DNA of 63,822 bases, filler included, from Platydemus manokwari (Eukaryota), in NCBI GenBank assembly GCA_037951405.1. It is 6 parts of 6 records of this genome, joined end to end, with 100 filler letters (N's around TTAATTAATTAA, not from the genome) between each part and the next. Parts side by side here need not be neighbours in the genome. Positions count along the whole stretch, not along the records: positions 21,073 to 30,431 come from JBBMOY011259985.1; positions 30,532 to 40,695 come from JBBMOY011162324.1; 4 more parts are not named here. The stretch is one strand, 5' to 3'. Position numbers and translations under genes: made by a program. Under the pieces are notes generated by a model that had not been told where the DNA came from, ran no database searches, and was given only the letters and a program-made list of their open reading frames with translations. How positions within the stretch are numbered: position 1 is the first letter of the stretch; the number at the start of each line of letters is the position of its first letter. Shown piece by piece: positions 27,060 to 39,465 of this stretch.

Positions 27060-28379
27060 GATGTAGGTTTCTTCAATTTATGGTGATACTTTTATTGATT
27101 TGTCCTTAGATACAAGTTCTTTTATTATCAGATGGAAATCATATTTAGAGACATTATAGAAATATAATGGAAAATCTCAGGATTTCCATACTAATAAATT
27201 ACATTCCTCAGGTGCAGCTCCTCCGTAATAATTTCTTTCTTTTACATAATAATCATGATTTCTAGCTTTCATTACTGGTTCTATTGTTAGACTTGGATCC
27301 TTAATTGCTTAATACCATCTTAAGTGACTAATACCTGTTTCTTCAATGAATTCCTTTTTACAAAAAATAAAATTCTTTGAATAATTAAAGTTAATTTTAT
27401 CTTTCTCAGTTATATTAACAACCAAATGAATAAATTCCTTCATGCAATTTTCTCCTTGAAATAATTTACTTTCATTTTCAATTAGATCTGGGTATCTTGA
27501 TATTAATTTAAAATAAATACATGATGGAATTTGATTAGCTATAACTTTTGTTGCTTCACCACATTGTTCTTCTTTAGAATTATTAACACATTCTGTATCA
27601 GCTACAATTATAAATGGAATTTGTATTTGATGATTATAGTTTTTAAATTTTAAAATGTTGTTTTGTTTACTTGGCATAATTACTTTTGTTATTTCTTTTC
27701 CATCTTTTCCACATATTCTTTTATGATTTTCAAAACTATTTTCTGTTACAAAATATGAACAACATTTATCACATATATTAAACTTTTCATTTGGTCTTAA
27801 TTTATAATTTATTTCTCTTTTCATAAAACGTTCAAAGTTTTTAATATAAACATAATGTGTTACTTCATTCTTTTCTAAATATAATAATTTAATATCTTGA
27901 ATGTATTCTTCTTTCTTTGAAATATAAATTGGAAATACTTTATAATCTTTTCTTTCATTACCTTTACCTTTTAAACCATAAACATTTATTTTAAAATTGT
28001 TATTATGTTCAAATTTTTTGATTTCATTTAATGGTGCTGGAGATGTTATTCCTTCTAGTTTTAATTCATCTATATATTTTATATATTTACCTGGTCTATT
28101 TGGATGTCTTCTTCTTTCAATTGGAAATAAATGTGCTAAGATGGAATATATAAAACATTTATTATCATAATGTTCTATATTTATTAAACTATTTGAAATA
28201 AAGGGTAGTGGTAAATAAGTACTTCCAGATAATACCTTTATTTTTGATGTAATTATTCTTATGTTTCCTAATTCTAATATATTCCAACCACTTTCTTTTA
28301 CTTTTAATAAATCATCTTCGAGTTTATGAGGAAAGTCTTTTATTGATTCTAATAATTGATTTTCTAAAATTGTTTCTTG
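27060..28379 (-). pseudogene. Polinton/Maverick protein-primed DNA polymerase B, N-terminal portion (terminal protein/vOTU-like region, Exo I, Exo II), truncated
   Basis: Stop-free frame 28379-27309: ESGWNI...GSTYLPLP...INIEHYDNKCFIYSILAHL...HPNR...EIKKFE...INVY...LLYL...THYVYIKNF...CDKC...ENHKRIC...FKNYNHQIQIPFIIVADTEC; after frameshifts KARNHDY...YGGAAPEECNL and FYNVSKYDFHLIIKEL. Confidence 0.88.
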
Positions 28380-29539
28380 TTATTTTTATATTTTTACTCC
28401 TTTTAAAATTTTTTTTTCACTCCTTTCATTTTATTAAATATTGTTTTTTTTGGTTTTTTCATTTTTGATTTTTTTTCTTTTTTTGAGTGCTGCTCCCCTC
28501 CTATCGGTTTTAAGCACAAATTCCCAATCCAAGAACGGTATGTCTTGAACCAGAGAAAATGAGATGAAACCGAATGTGATGAGGAACTTTGCATGACCAC
28601 TCCTTTTTTCATTTTATTGAAAGAAATCTCTCGTCCGTTTATAGGCTCTCGGAGATTAAGAAATCAAAAAAAACCTAGATATAATCAACTCCCGCACGAG
28701 CCTTTCTATCTAGGGGTGACCAATACTTACGAATCCATGTGTGCGGCCACTTCATCATAAGCATTTAGTCACGAATTTTATAATTTTTCGTGTTGGTTAA
28801 ACAAATATTTTTTTGTATAACAAGAAATTGTATTTTTACATAAATATTTAAAATTATTATTTATCACTATTTTAATTATTAAAAATAATTTAATATATTT
28901 ATAAATTTATGAAAACATAAATTAAAGACAAAAAAGTTAATTATTTATAATATTATTTATAATTAAAAAATTAATATATTTAATAATAATTTATAAAACA
29001 TAACGCTGACAAAATTGAAAATTTAATAAAATTTACTTAACTTAAACAAAATTTAAGGTTATATTATAATTAGTTTTTAAATTTTATTTTCTACGTTTTT
29101 CTCGAAATCTAAATCGATTACATGTGTTTTTTATTTGAATTTTATCGGCAAATCGATGATTGTGCATCTTTTGGTATACTTTTTATTTTAATCGGTTGAG
29201 AATTTCTTTATTTTTGAGGTTACATTCATAACTTTTGATCTAACTAACCGATTCTAACAAATTATATATCAAATTGAAGGGAATGAAATGGAGAATTTTT
29301 TAGAGAAAAATAATTTGAAATACAATTCGTATAATTTTTAATAATAATTTTTTATTTTTTAATTAATAAATTCTTTATGATATTTTTTAAATTTATAAAA
29401 GTGAATATAGTTATTTATAATTTTTTGTTATTTTTAAATTTTGGTATTTTTTTAAAATTAAATATTTTTTTTATTTTTTGAAATTTGAGGGGGGACCCAA
29501 GGACTGGTTCTACATACTACTCTGACAGTTTTTCGCTCT

Positions 29540-30078
29540 TGAATTCTAAATTATTCGATGTACATCTGCCGAGTTATTTCGTCAAAAACACCATGTCATT
29601 GAGGTATCTCAGCGGAATATTCCTTCATTACCATTGCTCTGTCTATTATTTGTTCTGAAATTTTATATGGTTCACCACTACAATCAGTGTCTCCACTTAC
29701 TGTGCCTTTCAATATAATTGACTCTCTCATGATATATCCTAGTTTTACTGATAATTTTATCTCGGAATAAATTCTTAACTCCTTTGTCTGAAAAGAATCC
29801 TCACAATTTTCTGCATTAATCTTTGTCGGTCTTGGTATTGTGCGCATTATTGATAATGACGTATGGTTCCGTTTTCCGCAGTGAAAAACAAAATTTCTCT
29901 TTTTAACTTTGCACTCTTTAACTTTTACCCTCCTGGATTCAGATTCTTGATATAAATAGTAATGTTCACTATTTCCTCTTGAAAAGTTCATCGGATAAGC
30001 TTCCAGACAGTCTATAATATACATTAAGGAGTACACCTCTTCTATTTCAATTTTTGAGTAATCATAAGCTATTATTTT
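29540..30078 (-). pseudogene. Endogenous chuvirus-like envelope glycoprotein fragment (N-terminal ectodomain)
   Basis: KIIAYDYSK....YSL..IIDC...YLYQESESRRVKVKECKV....FVFHCG..NHTS...I.AENC...GTVSGDTDCSG.PY; Cys and motif spacing match the recalled chuviral G pattern 'IGYDC...SL..I..C...QLLQ......V.QC......YCGMHSH.S...C...G.....G.C.G..Y'. Confidence 0.72.
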
Positions 30079-30431
30079 TCATTTTGATTTAGTTTTATAA
30101 CGTCTTTTTTTATAAATTTATAATTTTTCAATTCAAAATAGTATGATAAGTTTAATTATATGATGTTGAAAAAATTAATGAATTATATTTTATTGTAACA
30201 AATTATGTGTTGAAATAAGAATTATCTATTTTACGTTTGTTTGTCTAATCATTTCTATAGAAATTGAGATTGAAATTCAATCCTTCTTTAGGCGTATAAA
30301 AAGCTAAATATAAGCTTTAATTCCTCTAAATTCCCATAACTTTTTATCTAATCTCTTCTATTTCTTCATTTAGTTTTCTACAAATATATTATATTTTTTA
30401 TAATCTCAACTTTTCATAAAATTAACCTTAC

Positions 30432-30531
30432 NNNNNNNNNNNNNNNNNNNNNNNNNNNNNNNNNNNNNNNNNNNNTTAATTAATTAANNNNNNNNNNNNN
30501 NNNNNNNNNNNNNNNNNNNNNNNNNNNNNNN
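30432..30531. other. Artificial assembly spacer
   Basis: N44-TTAATTAATTAA-N44. Confidence 0.98.
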
Positions 30532-31893
30532 CTGCTACAATACTCTGTAACCCACACCCACCATTTGACTTGCTTGCGTACAGGAAGTAGGTAGAGCAAG
30601 GTTTTGGGTTAAAAATTTTTAATTAAGTTTTATAAGTATTAATTTGTAAGTTTTATATATATATATATAATTTATTGTTTATATCAGTCGTTTTAACAAA
30701 TAATACTCTTATAAATTGCCCGATTAGTTAATCATCAAAAACAAGGAACACGTACACACTAACGCAATTTTTAATTTGATAAATTATTCAATGTTCAAAA
30801 ATAAAAAGGTTTAAAAAATTCTAATGTGATATTAAGAAAAGCATTGTTTAAATATAGTTAATGTTACAAAACCCGGATATTTAATTGCTTAAATAAAAGC
30901 CTAATTTGTAATAATTTATAAACAACAATTGTTTAATTTTTGTTATAGAAATATGGTTTTCACTTTATCTGGCACTGTACATAGACAATCAAGGATTAAA
31001 ATAATATAAAGTTCATAAATGTGACAAAATCACAACATGACTCAATAATAATTTGTTTAAATTAATCAAAAATATATTTCGTTTGATAATTTAAATTGTA
31101 AAATCATGGCACTTTTGCATTCACAAAGAAATTAAAGCTTTCGAATTAAAACAAAACACCCCAAAATATGACATACTCACCTGAAAAATCAGTTCGTTTA
31201 AAAACATAGGCGAAAGTGTAAGCTGTTTTATCAATGACATTCAGTGGCATTATAAAACCCAAGAGAAATAATTAGGCTTGCAATTTTAAGAAAACAGAAA
31301 GACATCGCTACACATCGGTTCATACAAGCAAACTATAAGATCGAAATCAATCACGTGCTACCTGATTTGAATGAGAAATTTGAAGCCATGATAAAAATGA
31401 ATAAATAATGAAGCGATGACAGAATATATGTTTGGAGCGCGACATAATATAGAAAACAAGTCAGTTCATATATTTCAAACAATGAGCAACTTATAAAATC
31501 ATTCTTCTAGCCAGCACAACACAGCCAGCTAGACAACATCGTGACCCCGATTGCCCTACAAAAATAATATCAAATGGATAAATAAATATCAAAATGATCA
31601 AAATAAGGTTTGCACTGCTGATAATGGCTGTGTGGCGGCACTGGTTGATGAGTTGATGAGAATATTGTGGTGAAAACATAATGATGATGATGACAATGGT
31701 GTGAGAGATGCCTTATTTAAATATGTGATTGGTTGTTGTGTGTCATTGGGTAGATGGAATATTTGTGATTTGTAACGATAACATATACCAGTCACGGTAA
31801 CCATGGGAACATATCAAATATTATTTGGCCAATCATAAATTATATTTTAATATATGCTGCTCATTATTCCAATTCAAACCTTATTTTTGCTCC

Positions 31894-34001
31894 TTAAATT
31901 ACCTGTACTGCATCTTTAACCTTGTCAAATATGCTTGGATTCCGACTAACTTTGATGGGCTCATTCTCCCTGTTTTGAAGCATTTCAATATTTTTGTTTA
32001 AATCTGCCACATCTTGTTCCAGAAATGGAGATTCTCCATATTTTTCCTTTAATCTGATTCTTTCATCTTTCAAATTTGTCTTCTCAAAATTTGTTAATTG
32101 TTCCTATTTTGAAATAAAATTATCCAAAAAAAATAAAAGAAAAAATAGGAAAAAAACTAAAAATAATTACACGAAAGCCACAATTTGGACTAGCATGTTG
32201 TCTGACACCCTGAATAGCTCGTAGAGAATCATGGAAAAACAATGGGGTAACACTCATCAAATATGCACAAGTAATGCTCACACTACGTGATACTCCCACC
32301 TGACTAAGAAATTGAAGAGATTTGTAATGATTTGAATGAAAATGTGATTGGAAAATAATAATAATAATAATAAGATAATTTGGATATGATTTAAACAAAA
32401 TAAATATATTATTATTGGATTCAATATAACTGATATTGAAGGGTTGTCAATATCAATATTTTTATATCATCAATATTTCTACTCAAATCTATAAATGATT
32501 TTTATCATTTAAAATTGAACTTTCAGGCATTAATTGATGATATTGTAATAAATGGGCCAATGTCAAGTGGTTTACATATTCTCTATATTGGATTTATGCC
32601 AAAATATATCCAATTATAATTATATTATCATTATTGTTATTATTTAAATAAAATAAATGGTTATTAGGAGTTGTGAGCTGGTAGGAAAATGGTATAAATC
32701 TGATGAAATAAGTTCATTTATTACAAAATTGATTCCAGAAACAATATTCTTGACAGATGGAAGCATTTTGAAATATAATTAAAGAAGAAATTGATCGATG
32801 AAGAACATTGTTTCATTTTTATAGTTTATTGATGAAATTTTAAATAATATCGAGAATAGAAGTGAGAAGAGAATATTAATGATCATTTCTTATGAATTTA
32901 TATTTTCACGTATTTCATATCATCAATCTCAAATGGCTCACAATGATCCAAAGGAAAAGTGATTTGTAGCTAGAAATGGTTTCATATCTTATCGACATTT
33001 CTTTTTTATAGCCCTTCAAGCATATTTTTAATAGAAAATAAATCATATTATTTATTATTAAATAAAATATTTGGTTATATTTTTAGTAAATAATTGTTCG
33101 AATATTTTATAAAATTTGTATTTTATGATGTATTAATTCTTAATACTTGTTCAACGAACTGAAGTTAATGTCGGATTAATAATCAATAATCAAATATGGA
33201 GTTGCTCATAATTATTGAGAGTTGTTGCCGATAACCATATTTAGATGTATAATATCATGTATTATCATTTGAAATTGTTAACTGCATAACCAATGTTTAT
33301 AATATAAACAATTACTTGATAATTGTTAATATTTAAAACTTATTATTCGTTAAAAATTACTCTTTTATAAACTAATGGTGATCTCAATAAAGATTCTGAA
33401 AATGGTTAATTTCGACTGTTTTTAAACTAAATCATTTAATTTTTCATTTCTATAAACTAAACAATTTTTAATTAATTAATGAACGATATAAATCAAATAA
33501 TTAAACATGATTTGACTATTTAATGATATTAATTAAATATCAAATAAAGTTAATCACCATAAATTAACAACTGAGCTACATATTTAATTATTTTCATGAA
33601 ATCATTATTTAAAAAATTCTAAGAATTATATAAAAAATACAATATTACAAATATCAAAACTAAAATAAACATATTACCAATGAATGAGACAACTTCCACC
33701 ACCAATCCTGGCTTCGTGAATAAAATCGTTACATTCTGAAAAATATTTATTTATATTTTCCATATTGATATCAGAAATATTTATTCTTTTATTAGTTCTA
33801 GGTTTTTTGTGTTTCTGAAATGGATTTTTGAATTAATTTTTTAAATTTAAATCAATCAAATACTTTGTGAGCTTCTTCTGAAAGATTATGAACTGCTAAG
33901 ACATGAGTAATATTATGTTTATCTAAATAATCCTCATTCGCGGCGTTTCCATAGCTTCCTATGTAAACACCTTGAATGATTCTAGACATATCACCTCCCA
34001 T
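31894..34001 (-). CDS. DUSP22: Dual-specificity phosphatase, DUSP22/DUSP15-like; exons 33864-34001, 33678-33814, 32171-32303, 31894(or 31903)-32103
   Basis: Spliced product MGGDMSRIIQGVYIG...THVLAVH...ECNDFIHEARIGGGSCLIHC|QVGVSRSVSITCAYLM...ASPNCGFR|EQLTNFE...LKEKYGESP with intact HCxxGxSRS loop and N-terminal MG; all GT-AG junctions phase-compatible. The 3' end may splice on to a further exon near 31600-31800. Confidence 0.92.
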
Positions 34002-35178
34002 TATTGATAAGTTTAAAAATGCACTTTTGAATAACTATAATTTAACATATTTAAACAATCAATGAAAATGATTTCCAAAATCATCATTACCCAAAAAGAA
34101 GTGTTAAAAAACAAATATTAATGAAATTTTATCAAAGTATTTGTAAAAATACTTTAAATTAATTTTATATGAATTTATTGAATTAAATTAATAAAAAGGG
34201 TCCTTTGATCCTATTATAACGTAAATATTTTTCGGGTATTATTTTATTTCAAATTTATTTATAATGATATTTTTATCATATTTTGACTTAAAATTCAATT
34301 TTAGATGAAAAAGAATAAAACAACAAAATTCAATTAGAAAAATGATCAGAATTTAATATCAATTCAATAATATCATAAGAGCAGCTTAAAAAGTTATTAA
34401 TTTCTACAGCTAATTTAAAGTGAATTAATTTATTCGATTTTTAAAAATTTTTTAAATATGAATAATTTCTTTTATTCATGATATATTATCTTATTTTTCT
34501 TTATATATATATAAAATAAACACAAAATATATAACACACAATTATATAAAATTACAAAATCATTGGAATGTCACACAGAAATTATAAAACTAAAATTTTA
34601 AATTGGAAAAGACTAATTTAGTTGTAAACTCGCTGTCATGCCATATTCATTGCATCAATCTCTGACAAGAGATTTGTTGTGAACCATTAATCATTTTAGG
34701 GTTACAAAGTCGATTAGAGTTTGTTGTATCATAAAATTAAAACTTATTTCCCTTTTAAATAGCTGTAGGATTAGTTCACTTCGGTAATTGTTCATACCTT
34801 CAATACACTACACTTTATTTGTTAAGTGAAGTATCAAATATTTGTTAATAATTATTATGAGGCATAATACTGAAATAACTAGAAGTTTGAATTCACAAAT
34901 AATCAAATTAAAGGTTATAATGGAACTCTAACGAGAAGAAAAAAACCCTCGCTCGGAAAGTTCTCATAATCATTGCAATGCTTATTATATGCTAGTCACA
35001 TGAAGTTTAATTTAGATAAGTAATTGATATTATAATAAATCAATATTAAAAGTTCAAATTAATTAATAATTATTTCTTTCCATCTATTAGTAAATATGTT
35101 TTTAATGAATATCGGGTTAATAGAACAGTTAACGTGTTTTTTGATTTACTAGTAATAAAATATCTATTTGTGAAAATA

Positions 35179-37547
35179 ATGACAACGGTTGAACGCGAAA
35201 ATGTTCTATTAACACACCCCAATTATAAAACAGGAATAAAAGAATCTTATGATAACTCTGCATCTACAATCAGTGATTGTTATAGTAGCGATGATGAATA
35301 TAAAGAAGGAATTTTACATGATTATCATTTAAATCAGTCTACTGTTTTGCTTTCTCATGAATCTATAGCCTTTGAAGGTGATCAGTATGAAAGTATTCCA
35401 ATAATGAATGATGAAAAGTTCGATTTGATAAAAAAGAAAACCCCCATAATAAATAAAAACAGCAACTTTGTTAACAATCCTAAAGATGAAAGACTATCAA
35501 AATGCAAATCAAATATTTATCCTGATATTGAAGAAATGAAAACGAGATGTCCAGATTTTCCATTTGAGAAATGTTTAACTGAATTTTATCGACCTCCCTC
35601 TAGATCGAAAAATAGTTTTGCAGGGATGAAAAGGTTTACAGAAAATGAATCTATTTCACCACAGCATTTTATAGAATCGAGTATAGAGACTGCTTACAAA
35701 AATACAAAACCCTTTCAAACTGATACTTTATCCAATTCTTTAGATATTGGCAATGTACAAAACTCAGCAACTTCTTTATTTAATTGTTCAAGTCAATTCC
35801 AGTCATGTAATATGGTTTCTAATGATGATTCAACGATTAAAATGCTTAGTTCGACGTCTCTTAATAGCAGAACTCAATCGGAGTCTGTAAAACATAATTA
35901 TAGTGATCGAAATTCAAATTGTGATTTCAAATCGAATCCACTTTGTCGATCTCGAACGGAGACATTTACTCATTCAGTCTTGTTTAGAAAACCAAAATCA
36001 CAAACAATCAAATCAACAACAGCACAATCAATGAATTCATTACAGGAACAAGCAACCCAAACGACTTATAAACTAGAATTACAGGAAAAATGTGTCGGGA
36101 CATTGAAGGTAAAAAAAGATTTTTCTATGGGAAAAATTTATTTCTAAATTCTATCCACTAAGTTCACCATAAAATGATTTCATGTTTTCCTTAAATCAAC
36201 TGACTATCTTTTTAACCAAACTTCTCGATCCGATATAATTTTTCACAATTTATAATTTGATGTACTCTCGACAAAATTGTCTGTGCATATCTTGATTAAT
36301 TTTAGATTAAAAATATTAAAATTTATTTTAAAACACAAGTTTTGAATGCATCACAGCTCTTGATCTATTTGCGTTGGTCTTCTTTATTCGTTTTTATTGT
36401 TGTAGGCTTCTTTATTTTTTCATTGATCTGGATTGTCGAATAGCATCGATGTTATCTCAAATTTGAGATATTTATGACTTTTTGTAAGCGTGCATTTATC
36501 TACGATGGAGATTCAATTTGCCACCTTTAATCTAGTCCTAGTATGCACCTCTTACACAGTTTTCATCGAATTTTGTTCAAAGATATAACAATATTATATT
36601 TCAATATAACCAAATAATATTCGAATTATAAATAAGTGTCATCTGTTACTTCTTTTCAGATCAACGTAATGACTGACAAAAAGCTCCGCTACGAAAGTGG
36701 AGATACTGGCGACTCGATGATGAATCTAGATTCGGCAACAAAAGAATTCACAAATATCGATCTAAGTCGAAATTTGTTTGACCTTCTGCAGCTACTCCAG
36801 AAACATGTTAACACGGTAGTTGGAAATTTGAAACGATATCTATCAAATAAAAAACTGGGTTCCATGGAAACTGATGATGCCAAGGATAAATTAGACAACC
36901 ATATCGAAAGCGACGAAATGAGATTCAATCACTCTTATCCACCTAAATTGGTGATCGATTTGTATAAACAAATCAAACAATTGTATCACCAATTAGACAC
37001 ACAACTGAAATGTGTGACAGCCAATAAAAAGTCCTGCAGACATCAGCGATATTACTCGGACGTTGTTAAAAATGTAGATCGTATCCATGACAACAATGAT
37101 TTCAATCGATACTATCACGAACTTGACAACGATTTTTGTGAAACTAAGGCCCAAAATCTTTCAGTTAAGCCAGTTCAATCGATTGTATATCACGAACCAG
37201 ATTTTATTTATAATTCTGAGCAACCAGATTGGATCAGCAGAGTATTTGAGCTCGGTCCATACGATGACCTAATAAAATCATTTCAATCCAACACCGATCG
37301 AAGAATCAAAGCGGTCGCAAACAGAATGAAATGCAAAATCATTATCGAAGGTCCATTTCGATTATATGATTCAACGAATGCCTGTTGGAATATGAGAAAC
37401 AAGACAGCATATCGATGTTATCTCCATGGTCACAGTAAAGAATCTGTTGATAAATGCCTCAAATGTCTCCAGGATACTTTTCCACAATCATGCTTAAATG
37501 AAAAGCACGTAATCTACAGATTAGAAACGAAACATTACACTTCATAA
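35179..37547 (+). CDS. Uncharacterised 605-aa protein with a C-terminal KH-like domain; exons 35179-36108, 36660-37547
   Basis: Two long ORFs join in phase 0 via AAG|GTAAAA...TTTTCAG|ATC. Ser/Asn-rich N-half; the C-terminus RVFELG...RRIKAVANRMKCKIII...RCYLHGHSKESVDKCLKCL has KH type-I spacing without GxxG. Confidence 0.75.
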
Positions 37548-37706
37548 ATGTCTATTAATAACAAAATTTATTTTAATAAATTATTTATTTACTGTTTTGA
37601 ACTAAATTGAAGATTACAATCTTTCAACAAACTGGCTGATCAAGCTATGAAATAATAATTCACAATCAAAATATGTATTTAATGACTAAATAATTAAAGT
37701 AATAAT

Positions 37707-38209
37707 TTATATTTCATAATTATCCTCATGTTGAGTTGCGAATGGCAATTGGGGATCAATACCGGTTCTTCTGTATTCTGCTCTCATTGCTAAATAAGTT
37801 TCTAATGATTCTTTTACTAATTCCTCTTTGCCATCCCTACAAAAATAGAGCATTTATAACAATGGCCTTCAACATTTTATCTTTTAACCAGTGTTTAATA
37901 CAATTGTTCATCCGAATTCGTTGTGACGAACACCGAAATCTGGAGGTTAACATGTTTATCGAAGAACATGTATCAAATTCTAAAATAAAACGAGATAAAT
38001 TAAATTTAGAAAAAATATTACCATTACATTCAGTTTTGCATTTAGATAATAATATAATATGATGTTCAAGCAATTTAATTAATACTTTGCTTTCAACTTC
38101 GGTTAATGATTTATCATCTGGATCTCCTTAATTATACAATTAAATACTTAATTGTTACTCTGATTTTAAAACCTAATTTCTTCGGACCTTTCCCATCATC
38201 TGATGGCAT
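37707..38209 (-). CDS. CMC1: COX assembly mitochondrial protein CMC1 (twin CX9C); exons 38173-38209, 38022-38126, 37889-37979, 37707-37836
   Basis: MPSDDGKGPKKLGDPDDKSLTEVESKVLI...C-KTECNEFDT-C...C-SSQRIRMNN-C...ETYLAMRAEYRRTGI; matches CMC1 motifs LGDPDD..L..VE..VLI, two CX9C, and EYL..R.E.R.TGI. Confidence 0.88.
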
Positions 38210-39465
38210 AACAAAAAATTTTAATACCAGAGAATTACCCATTCAAGATAAAATATTTTAAATGAGATAACTTGATAAAACAAAGAATAGTTAAATTAAT
38301 ATTTTTTAAATATGATGCAATGATTTTACAAAAATAATCAATATGTAATTTAGTAAAACAGTATTCTCAGTAACTTGATAATATTAATAAAAATTTAAAT
38401 ATTTTACTTCTGTTATAAAGTCGGATCAACATCAACAATATCTCAGCAGCCTTCAATGTCTTCAGTGGGATCATTTTCTCAATCCCTGTCATCAGCCTAT
38501 CTAAAAATAGGACCCAAATCTCGCCAATCTCAGTCTCAATCTTCTTATCAAAATCTGCAAAGATCGAAGTAGAAGGTGGATATCGATTATGACAATTTGT
38601 GATCATATTTTGGTATTTAGATTTAACTGTTCTGTGATTTTATTTTAACTCTGTATAACAGATTCTTTACATGAAATGAATATGATTTATTTGTAAATAT
38701 TTTGATTATTTTATTTATGAAAATGTAAAAAAAACATGAAAAAATTTATGTATAAAATTTAGTGAGCAGAAGGAATGAAATTTATTAATGCGCAAAAATC
38801 ATATTTTAATAATGATAATAAAATTATTGTATAATTGAAAATGATGAATGAAATAATAATAAAATGGACGAAATAAATGGAAAAAATACGAGATAATAAT
38901 AAATTTTTTAAAAATAAGACCAAATTATAAATTATAAACTTTAAAATGCAGACGAAATATAAATTAAAATTATTTATGTAGACATATTTGTAAAATAATT
39001 TTAAAAACGAACAGGGAAAAAGAAAATAACGAACACAAAATCCATACACAAACCACCCACATAACACAGAGCAAATATGGAATTACCTATGATAAAAATC
39101 AAATCGCCCATCATCCATATAACAACTCAATACAAAACACCAATCCATACATTACAATAACATAACATTCACTCTGACTATAGATTGGGAATTAGAGAAA
39201 ATCAGACGACGACAACTGGATGATGAATATCAATTTATTAACAATTGATCGAGACATTGATGATAATTGACAATTGTAATTAACAGTATTATTTTGAATC
39301 ATTCGATTATATTATGGGACATTGATGATATTGATTTAATAATAATCGATAGTGTTATTTTGAATTATTTGATTATTATTTTGTTGTAATAATGTATATA
39401 GAATTAATTGATTATTTTATTTGTTATTTATAGTAAGAAAGGAAGGAAATTAATTTCGGCAAAAG

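Noticed and set aside
32520-32790. Possible antisense exons nested in DUSP22 intron 2
   Set aside because: Short frames are open on both strands, with no consistent splice phase and no recognisable homology.
37736-38062. 108-aa plus-strand ORF, and similar ORFs opposite PEPCK, eEF2 and the KH-like gene
   Set aside because: Antisense or alternative-frame shadows of genuine exons.
38759-39067. Hydrophobic F/I/L/Y-rich ORFs (also 60406-60756, 11348-11870) as membrane proteins
   Set aside because: Composition expected from T-rich non-coding DNA; no motifs or splice support.
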